A stretch of 64,000 nucleotides of DNA, taken from NCBI GenBank assembly GCA_043228905.1, contig JBHGNT010000022.1, positions 9,672,001-9,736,000 of the forward strand, in the 5' to 3' direction. Below the pieces are notes generated by a model that did no database searches, was not told the origin of the DNA, and saw only the letters and a list, made by a program, of their open reading frames with translations. Positions within the stretch are counted from its first letter, which is position 1. Each line of letters starts with the position of its first letter. This document shows, piece by piece, positions 23,624 to 33,600 of this stretch. This stretch comes from Azolla caroliniana (Eukaryota > Plantae > Polypodiophyta). Both the position numbers and the translations under genes were made by a program.

Positions 23624-26609
23624 TTAATCCTCTTCTAATATGCCGAGGATATCCTCGGGGGCGTGGGGTTGGTCAGGTTGTTCGGAAGGTGGGGTTGGTG
23701 ATGGGGGTTTTGCTGCCGAGTCCGGGATTGCTGTGTCTTCACGTGGGCCGTCCTCTGTTGGTTCCGGTTCAGGCAGGGTTGTGGTCGTAGTTTGTTGCTC
23801 GGGTGTCATGTGGGTGTCTGTAGGAGTGGGTCCCTCCTGTCTGGCTTCCATGGTGTTTGTTGTTGTTGGCTCTGGTTTGTGGTCATCAGTCATGGGAGCT
23901 CTGTTAGTCATGGTAGCTAGGCATTCCTCCTCGTAAGCTTCGGCTTCTAAACGGAACATCATTTGATCGTCGTTGAATTCCTATAGAATTTGCTTGATTG
24001 CCGTGGTGTGGGATTCTGCTAAGGTATGATATTCCTCGGTCAAGTCTTCATGGAGGGTCTGGATGCTTGTGTGACCCATCTTGTAGAACCCTCGGCCCTC
24101 CTTCCTTCGATTCTCGGCATCCGCGCGTAATATGTGTAGTTCAGCGGCTTGGGCTGACCATTCCTGCCATACGCGGTCGAGCGTTTCCTCGATCTTCTTG
24201 GTGAGTTGCTGACGATATTTGTTGATTAGGATCTTTATTCTAGTATCGTCCATGCTTATTTGAGCTCGGTGAGCTTCCACTTCCTCCCTTGTAGCCTTGG
24301 CGTCTTCTTGGCATTTGCTGACGAGGAGCTCAAGAGTAGCTTGGTTATCTTTTGCTTTTGTGATTACGAGCGCAATTGTTTGCTCGTAATGTTTGGTGAG
24401 CTGTGCTATAGTTTCGTCCACTTCCTTTCTCAAAGCGTCCCGTAGTCGTCCCCTGGCGACGATGCCCTCTACTTGCAACTGGTGATAAGCATAAGAAATT
24501 TGCACCCTTTGCTCTTCAGAGATCCTCCACTTTTGCATGTGTTCGTTTGCCAGTTCTTGTAATTCCCTTTGTTGACTCCGTAATTCCTGCTTGTCTGCGA
24601 ATAGCTCGCGTTCCCGTTGGCTATTCCTCTCTTCTTCCTTGATGAATCGTTCTTTGGCCTCGGTGATAGCGACCTGAAGGTTCATCACCTCTCTTTCTTG
24701 TGCTTTTAGTGCGGTCAGCTTTGCGGCCAGTGATTTGTTCTTGTAGTTGGCCAATAGTGTTGTTGTGGTTTTGTTCTGCTACCTCGACTCGAGCGATCTG
24801 GGCCTTGAGCTCGTCTCGGTAGTCACGGAGGGGAGGCCCTGTCTGGGTTGTAGTTTACCGGGGGTCCGGGGATGGGGTACCATGTCCATATGTGTAGATC
24901 TCTCCATGACAACAAGCGCTCGTGGTGTTTGCGTGGAAGCGTGCCTGGTCTGGAGGCTCGGTGTCCTGTCTACCATTAGAGATGTTACGTTGGTGGTGAC
25001 GACAATTGGCGGCACCATTTGTGTGGAGGTGTGGCTAGTTTGGGGGTGCGGGCTTTTATCTACTAGTGATGATGTCTCGCTCGTCTGTACCGAATCCGTC
25101 ATTGTGCTTGCATTGACCATGGCTACCTTGGGGTGAGCTATGTCGTCATTCTATGCTTCAGTAACGGTAGCATTCAAGCTCGGATTTGGAAGAGGGGCTG
25201 GTGATACATCCTTACTCGGGGCATGGAGGCTTAAGGGTGGTTGTTCTTGATGTTGCTGCTCCAATGATGCCAGTTTCTGCTCGGCGGCTTGCCATAGCTC
25301 AGTGGCCCGTTTGGCTGGCTGCTGTGTCGTTTTGATACATCGAGCCATCTCCGTGGCTGCCCAAGTTGTGTGGTCCAGATTTCGATATGCCTTGACTAAG
25401 GCCGTGTTTATGTCTGGTTGCTCCATGAGGAGGGAAGCATTCTATCCTTGCTTCTTCCGACCTATCTTCTGTAAGGCTCGATCCTCTTGAGGTTCGAGTT
25501 CTCCCATTAGTGCGCGTTGGATCATCTTCGTTTCCGCGTGCTCCTCGGCCATACGAGCGGCGGCAGCTACTTGGGCACGCGCGAGGAAATCCATCAACTC
25601 ATATGTTGTGCCCAGTCGAAGTAGTGCACTAAACTCGTATGCCTCTGCGGGGAGGTCTTTGTAACCGAGGACTTCTTCCTCTGATATATGTGTGGTTTGT
25701 CCATGCTCGATCCTGCCTATGTGGAGCGATGACTCTACTGGTACCATGGCCATGGAACTCGGGCTGGCATCCTTTGATTTCTAATGTTGGGTCCCGTCGA
25801 TTTCTATGGTCGACTCGCAATTGATGCGACGTTTCGTTTTCGGCTGGTCCTGTGAGTCTGGGGCCGGTGGTGTTGGCTCCTCGGCTTGTTTCCTCTTTTG
25901 TTGTCGTATGCCCGAGGGTTGCTGGTTTGTGAGGCACGGGCTCGGTTGTGGAGAGGGCATCGATGTCCTTGGTGTTTTTTGTCGTATGGTGACATCCTCA
26001 GTGATGGGCTCCTCGGCCTCATCCCATTCGACACGGGTCACTGGTAACGCCCGTTGCTTCTGTGTTTTTGGTGGGGGTGGTGCCGAGGTGGGAGTAGGAT
26101 TCCAAGTGGCCGAGGGAGGTGGAGAGGGCGAGGGGTCTTCCCATTCTTCTTGGGTTAACGCCAAAATCTTCTCCCGATGTTTCCGTGGTGGTGGTGGAGA
26201 GGTGAGGATGCGATGAGGGGAAAATGAAGGAGGTGGGTAGAGGAGCGTGAGGTAATGAGTCATCACAGGTAGCAATCGCTTACCGGATTGAAAAGACTCC
26301 AGTGTTGCACGGACTCCTTCGCCGGTGATGATTCCCCAATCGACTTTGTCGCCTTCGTACTCTCTGATGATGATGGTAGCCTTATTCTGGGGCATACTCG
26401 TGGGATTTGTATGCACAAAGGCGTATTGCATCAAAATTCGGGCGATCTCTCCAAAAGACTTGTTTGGTCCTCCGTAGGTGCGGTAAGATTTTCCCGAATT
26501 CGAATATATCCCAAAGTATTCCTTGAGGGTCGTGCGAGGAGGAATCTCGACTTCATGTTCTTCGCCTCGCGGAAGGTCAAGAGCGGTGTCGTGATGTGGC
26601 GTGCTCGAC
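23624..26609 (-). pseudogene. Extra (non gag-pol) ORF of the host Gypsy: globular N-part, Pro-rich linker, long coiled coil, acidic tail
   Basis: Six ORF-track segments share one frame and are separated only by TAG at 25781, 25442, 25151, 24779 and 23981. Confidence 0.85.
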
Positions 26610-28688
26610 AATGAGAAAAACCGGCGAAAGGGGGGGGTAAAAAATGTGCATGTGCAATGTGTGTGCACACAAAAGCGATTAATTGTGCATATGCAAAATA
26701 AAAAGGAAAAGAAAGGGTGAAAAGGAGGTATAGAAGCTCGTGCAAAAAGTAAGAGAGAGGAGAGATAAAAGGTAGAGGGGAGACAAGCTATGAATTTATA
26801 GAGAGAGAATTATATATTATATAAGAGAGAGTTAGTGGGCTAGTGGATAGTCACATTGACTATTAGCTACAGGTGCACGATTCGAATTTGGACTTACAAT
26901 GCAACGTGATTTAAGAAATTTTATTCCTTATTCATTAAAGACAAATTTGGCGACCCCCCATTCTTTTTTTCCTATAAGAGGTCGAGGGGGGCTCATTCAG
27001 GGGGACATTTTTGGGAGGAGGAGACTATCGCCAATTTTCCTTCGAAGCTCTTCATCTCCTTATTCACCACTTCTCTTTATCTCATACCCCTTCATCCCCC
27101 CATCGCCACGTGCTCGTCTTCTTCACGTCGGCACTCGAAGTGCTCGTGAGCCCAAGCTTCGTTGGTTCGACGTTGGTTCGCCCCGTTCGTCGTTGCGAGC
27201 CCATGTGCTCGCCGTTCGGGTGGTCGTGGTTCGTTGGGATTGGCATTTTGGTGGTGCTCGTGTGTTCATCTTCATCGTGTTCGGATTTGCTTTTGTCTCT
27301 AAGGGCATTTAATATTTATGTTTTGATTGAGCTTGTGGTTAACTATAAGTTGCCATTGTAAACAAAACCCTATTTTATAAAGGGTCCTCTTGTGTTGGAA
27401 TCGAACACGTATTTATCTCTTTGGTCGATATCATTCGTGTTTCTTTCTCTCCTTCTTTCTTTATTCGTGTCTTCCTTGTACGTTCGTCTGTCTTGTGACG
27501 AGGAGACCGTTCAGGCTTGCCCATGCACCTCTCCTCCTCATAAAGGCGTACGAGCATTTTGTGCGTGTGTTTGTGTCTTTTTTTTGTACATTCGGCCGTC
27601 TTGTGACGAGGGGACCGTTCGGGCTTGCCCATGCACCTCTCCTCATAAAGGCGTATGAGCATTTGTGTGTGTGTTTGTGTCTTTTTTTTTGTACGTTCGG
27701 CCGTCTTGTGACGAGGGGACCATTCGGGCTTGCCCATGCACCTCTCCTCCTCATAAAGGCGTACGAGCATTTGCGTGTGTGTTTGTGTCTTCCTTGTACG
27801 TTCGGTCGTCTTGTGACGAGGGGACCGTTCGGGCTTGCCCATGCACCTCTCCTCCTCATAAAGGCATACGAGCATTTGCGTGTGTGTTTGTGTCTTCCTT
27901 GTACGTTCGGCCGTCTTGTGACGAGGGGACTGTTCGGGCTTGCCCATGCACCTCTCCTCCTCATAAAGGCGTACGAGCATTTGTGTGTGTGTTTGTGTCT
28001 TCCTTGTACGTTCGGTCTTCTTGTGACGAGGGAGCGTTTCGGGCGTGCCCATGCACCTCTCCTCCTCATAAAGACGTACGAGCATTTTGTGCGTGTGTTT
28101 GTGTCTTCCTTGTACGTTTGGCCGTCTCGTGACGAGGGAGCGTTTCGGGCTTGCCCACGCACCTCTCCTCCTCTTAAAGGCGTACGAGCATTTTGTGCGT
28201 GTGTTTGTGTCTTCCTTGTACGTTTGGCCGTCTTGTGACGAGGGAGCGTTCGGGCCTGCCCATGCACCTCTCCTCCTCATAAAGGCGTACGAGCATTTGT
28301 GCATGTGTTTTGTGTCTTCCTCGTACGTTCAACGTCTTGTGACGAGGGAGCGTTCGGGCATGCCCATGCACCTCTCCTCCTCATAAAGACGTACGGACAT
28401 TCGTGTTTGTGTTATCGTCCCCTTGTGCATTCATGTTGCGTGCTCATCTTGCTTGTACCCGTTTGGTCACTTGGCTCGTGCGGTGATCTCGGAAGGTCGA
28501 CGAGTCATGATCAACGAGAGCCACCGGCCTCACAAAAACAAAGGGCAACTAGACCTTGCTCGGGAAGGGGTCGGGAAGTAGTATTGTCGTAAAGCAAACC
28601 TCGGGTCTTCTCTATCCCTTGAGTACTCCCTAGTCCAAGACCCCCGTGGTCTCGCCCAAGTAACAGACGTGCGCGAAACTTCGCAACA
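26610..28688 (+). mobile_element. Solo LTR (about 2.1 kb) related to the tRNA-Trp-primed Gypsy LTR at 6746-7445
   Basis: 28624-28651 matches the reverse complement of 6784-6811 at 26/28 nt. Similar termini (aatgagaaaaaccgg vs agtgagaaaatcgg; ttcgcaaca vs acgcgaca). Shared aggtcgagggg..ct.attc and ttatgttttga blocks. Near-TSD tcgac/gcgac. No PBS follows. Confidence 0.75.
27466..28411. repeat. Tandem array of 9 copies of an approximately 105-bp unit within the solo LTR
   Basis: c(t)tgtgacgag anchor at 27492, 27600, 27705, 27810, 27915, 28020, 28126, 28232 and 28336. Confidence 0.95.
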
Positions 28689-28846
28689 GCGACGCGAATC
28701 ATATTGATGGTCACTGTGTCGGGGTAGATTCTGCGTGCTATTGCTTGGGCTTCAAGATGCACTGGGGCGTCGATGACCCGTAAGTAGCCGCCCAATCCTC
28801 GTTGTTGTAGCCAAGAACGAGTTTCCTGCGATGTTGAGAGAGGCAT
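28689..28846 (-). pseudogene. Probable N-terminus of the extra ORF, cut off by the solo LTR
   Basis: ccaccATG start, MPLSTSQETRSWLQQRGLGGYL...; abuts the TSD; joining to the downstream frame needs one 1-nt frameshift. Confidence 0.55.
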
Positions 28847-29199
28847 GGTGGAATCGATGGTTTGCTGACAACGAGAGTGGGGGGGGGGGGGGGGGGGAAT
28901 GAGACGAGGACGAGTTAGAGAGATGGAAGAAGATTGTTGGGGAGGAAATCGTTGTTCTGTGAAGGGGCTATGAGGGCGAGAGAAGGCTCCTAAGAAAATT
29001 TCGTGATTTGGGGTGATTTGTTAGGTGGTTTAGGTGAGGCTAATTTAAATGCTAAAACTATTCCTAATTTTACCTAATATACAATTTTGGTGGGTAGGTC
29101 AAAATTTTACTGATGGGGGCACGTGGCCTCCTTTGTGGCGCCGTCCATGAACTGGTCCATGCCGTGAGACTCGGTGAAGGGATTATCTGGGGTATTTCC

Positions 29200-30694
29200 T
29201 TGGTAAGGTCGAAGTCGGAATCCATTTACCCAGCTTTTGACGATGTCTCTGGCAAGTGTGCCGAGTTAGAATGTGCCGTTAAACTCATCGATTATCCAGA
29301 AGGGGCCTATCCATCGGAATCGTAATTTCCCCGGCATGGCACCGAGTCGTGTTTGGAAGACGAGTACCAGTTTGCCGATGGTAAGTGCTTTCTTCGTACC
29401 TTTCCGGTGTCGATCTACGAAGGCTTTGCATTGTCGTTGTCGTTGTCGTTGTTCTAGTTGAGCCATGTTGGCCACTCGATGTTCGCTAAGTTCGAGGAGT
29501 TGTTCGAGCCGATATTGATCTAATTGGGCCTCGGGTAGCCTTTCCTTAACCTGAACTCGGAGACTCGCGACTTGGAACTCGATCGACATGACTGCTTCCA
29601 AACCAAATGCCATCCGAAAGGGGGTAGATTGAATGCTAGTTTAAAATGTGGTGCAATACGCCCATAATGCACTCTGGAGCTTGTCATCCCAATCGGTGCG
29701 GTTTTCATTGACGATCTTTTTCAGGATTGTTTGCGAAATTTTATTAGTAGATTCCACCAATCCCTTTGCCAGAGGATAGTACGGTGTACTTTTCTTATGT
29801 ACGACCGTGTAGTGTGTAGTGAGCTCCTGAATTATGTGGTTTATAAAATGCCCACCTTGGTCACTAATGAGCTCGATTGGGCATCCATAACGACACATAG
29901 ATGTTCGTAAATGAACTTTGTCGTGGATGCAGCATGTTGTCCCGTAGTGCCTTAGCCTCGACCCATTTTGTGCAATAGTCCATGGCCACGATTATATACT
30001 TGTTACCGGTGTGAGCTGCGGCTGGTTTGAAAGGTCCCACAAAATCTAACCCCCACTTTTGAAATGGTTCTAATAGGAGGATGGGTTGGTGCAGCATCCA
30101 GGCTTGCTCGGTCGGTTGTCCCATGCATTGATACAAATCACATTGTCGACAGAATTCATGAGCATCTTTTTTTGTTGTAGGCCACCATAAGCCACTCTGG
30201 CATATTTTTCTTGCCGTGGACTCTCTAGCGTAATGACCCCCTGCGATTCAATGATGTGCCTCCTGGAGGATTGCGTGTTTCTCGAATTGACGGATTGCAC
30301 GGCGCCAAATGTCGTCTGAGCCTTTGTGGTAGAGGGTGTCGGAGACCAAACAAAAGTTTCGGCTCCGGACATCTAGTCGTCTCCAAGCATCAAGGGTCAG
30401 ATGGTCGGGAGGAAGGCCGGTGCTGAGGAAATGGGTCATCTCAGTGATCCATTCATCTTCGTTTTCGTCTGGCACCATTGCGAGACTAAAAAGGGCAGCA
30501 TCGGGTAGATCATCATACATGGACTCGGCTGGTTCTTCTGACTCGAAGCGGCTCAGGTAGTCAGCTACGGCGTGTTGGACTCCGGGCCGGTGCTGGATCT
30601 AAAAATCAAACTCTTGTAGCAGGAGCATCCATCGGGCCAGGCGACCTGTGAGGGCCAATTTATTTACCAATAAGCCTCTTCTTCTATTGAAGAC
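29200..30694 (-). pseudogene. Host Gypsy integrase (disrupted) and RNase H C-terminal stub
   Basis: [47 protein letters not shown]. Confidence 0.92.
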
Positions 30695-33600
30695 TGTTGA
30701 GAATTCGACGTTGCTTATGTCCGACGCTCGGCCACAACCGAGATTCTTTTCATACACAGAAAAACAGGTAATGAAACGCGACACAAAGGGGAGAAATGGT
30801 ACACAGGAGGTTTACGTGGAAAACCCCAAAATAGGGGAAAAACCACGGCAGCCCACAGGCTGCAAAACTGTCACTATGTAGGAATATACAACAGTTTGTT
30901 CACTGAGGCAACAACCTCGTGCTCTCAGATCTTCGCCACAGGCGGCGGTTACAACAGAGGCAACGACCTCGTCTCTCTCTCACTCTCTCTGTACAGTTAC
31001 GCGCTCTCTCTTCTTCTTGCACCAACAAGGAAGAATAACAACAACAGAAAACAAACATAGCTAAAAGTTTGCTCTAAGTCATATTTATACTAATATGACT
31101 TTTCGGCTATTTACAAATGTAGCCTCGATGGGCTGCATCCGGCTCTCCGCAGTCGGGTACTCCTCATCCGGTTCATACCGGGCCTACACCATCCGGCTCT
31201 CCGCAGTCGGGTACTCCCCATCCGGTTCATACCGGGCCTACACCATCCGGCTCTCCGCAGTCGGGTACTCCCCATCCGGTTCATACCGTTTCGGCCTCGG
31301 CCGAGTTTGTTCGTCGGCACTGTTCTTCTCCCTTCCCATCCGGAGGGACTTGTCTCCCAACAAACTCCCCCTTCATTCCGGCATGGGGTGTCTTTCCAGC
31401 CCGATCCTCTTCCAGCATGCGTCCAGCTTGTCGGGTGTCAGCACTTTGGTCAGCATATCTGACCCGTTCTCAGCCGTGTGGATCTTCGTCAGTGCGAACT
31501 CCTGGTCATCTACCCTTTCCCGGATCCAGTGATACCTCCGCTGGATATGCTTCGTCCGAGAATGGTAGGCCGCATTCTTAGCAAGGTGGATGGCACTTTG
31601 ACTGTCGCAGTAGAGTCGGTATTCCTCTTGCCGGATACCGAGCTCTCCGATGAAGTCCTTCATCCATAATATTTCCTTGCCGGCTTCTACAGTCGCCATG
31701 TACTCCGCCTCTGTGGTTGACAATGCAACCGTCTTCTGCAGCCTCGACTGCCACGAAACAGCTCCCCCTGCATATGTCATCACATACCCGGATGTAGACT
31801 GGCTGGTATCCACATCAGCCGACATGTCCGAATCGGTGAAACCATCCAGTTGAGGTTTCCCAGAGCCGAATCGGAGACACATATTTGAAGTGCCCTTCAA
31901 ATACCGGAGTATCCATTTGACCGCATTCCAATGCTCCTTGCCGGGATTACTCATGAACCGGCTCACCACTCCGACTGCGTATCCAATGTCCGGTCGGGTA
32001 CAAACCATTGCATACATCAAGCTCCCGACGGCAGAGGCATATGGGATCTTCATCATATCTGCCTTCTCTCCTTTTGTCTTCGGGCTTTGCTTGCCGGACA
32101 ACTTGCAGTTTGCCGGAAGTGTCGATCCGACCGGTTTTGCATCTGACATGTTGAACCGGTGAAGCACCTTTGTCACATACTTCTCCTGTGACAGCCATAA
32201 TTGCTTCACTGACCGGTCCCGAATGATGTGCATCCCCAACATCTGTCTTGCCGGACCCAAGTCTTTCATTGAGAAGGTCCGGTTGAGAGCCTTCTTCAGC
32301 ATCCGTATTTTGCCTTGGTCTCGTCCGACGATCAACATGTCATCCACGTACAGAAGAAGTATCAGGAAGTCCCCTCCTTCGAACTTCTTCACGAACACGC
32401 AGTGATCGGCCTGCGTCTTATGGTACCCTTGATCGGTCATGAAGGAGTCGAACTTCCGATACCATTGCCGGGGAGCCTGCTTCGGTCCGTACAGGCTCTT
32501 CTTCAACCGGCATACCAGGTGCTCCTTCCCTTTCTCCACAAATCCTTCCGGTTGCTGCATGTAGATTTCCTCTTCGAGGTCGCCGTGGAGGAATGTCGTC
32601 TTCACGTCCAGCTGCTCTACCTCGAGATCCATGCTTGCTGCTATACTCAGCACCGTCCGGATGGAGGTCATCTTTACTACCGGGGCGAATATTTCGTCGA
32701 AGTCCACGCCCTTCTTCTGCTGGAACCCCTTCACCACGATCCTGGCTTTGTATCTCGGGGGGTTGCCGACATCTCCCGGTTTCAACTTGAACACCCACTT
32801 GTTTCGGAGTGCCCGCTTTCCTTTCGGTAGCTCCACCAATTCGTACGTATGGTTCTCATGCAGGGAATCCATCTCATCCTGCATGGCACTTAACCATTTT
32901 CCGTTGTGGGTGTCTTCCTTCGCTTCTTCGAAGCTTTCCGGCTCCCCCTCATCGATCAGCAGGACATGCTCTGCATCCGGAAATCTCCGGGGCGCCCTTC
33001 TCTCTCTGAGAGGATATCTACGTCTTCGGGCTTCGGTAACCGGTTCCTCCATTTGCTCTTCATCCGAATCCGATTCGGGGTCTTGACCGGTTCCGGTCTC
33101 AGCTTCCTCTACTTCTTCTTCTGCCGGTTCGGTATCCTCACCGTAACCGGCTGGTTCCTCGAGTGCTAACCGGTCTCTTGCCGGTTGGGTCTGCTCATTG
33201 TAGAGTCTATCCTTACCGGTCAACTCGGAGTTCATTACCTTCTTCTCCGACTCCCAGTCGGCGAGCGTCTTGTCCTCCATGAAGATAATATCTCGACTCC
33301 GGAATACCTTCTTGTCGACCGGGTCCCACACTCGGTAGCCGAACTCATCGTCACCGTAACCGAGGAATATGCATGGCCGGGTCTTTGGATCTAACTTTCC
33401 TCTCCGGTCCTTTGCTACATGCACGTACGTGAGACACCCGAACACCCTCAGATGCCGGTAGGACACTTCCTTACCGGTCCATACTCTCTGTGGCGTGTCT
33501 CCGTCCAAGGGTACTGAGGGTGATCTGTTTATCACATATGTCGCCGTCGACAGTGCCTCAGCCCAAAACTTCTTGGGTAGTTTTGCATGCGCTAGCATAC

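Noticed and set aside
23981-25783. Programmed amber readthrough or recoding
   Set aside because: The same element has frameshifts and stops throughout pol; C-to-T decay is the simpler explanation
26899-27361. Antisense internal gene or promoter of the host Gypsy
   Set aside because: Better explained as the TATA/R region of the inserted solo LTR
27375-28386. Long ORFs on both strands over the tandem array
   Set aside because: A by-product of a stop-poor unit of about 105 bp; indels shift frames between units
27466-28411. CRISPR array or hammerhead ribozyme array
   Set aside because: Units are full-length repeats with no unique spacers, no cas genes are present and the context is eukaryotic. 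No intact CUGAUGA...GAAA core is visible on either strand.
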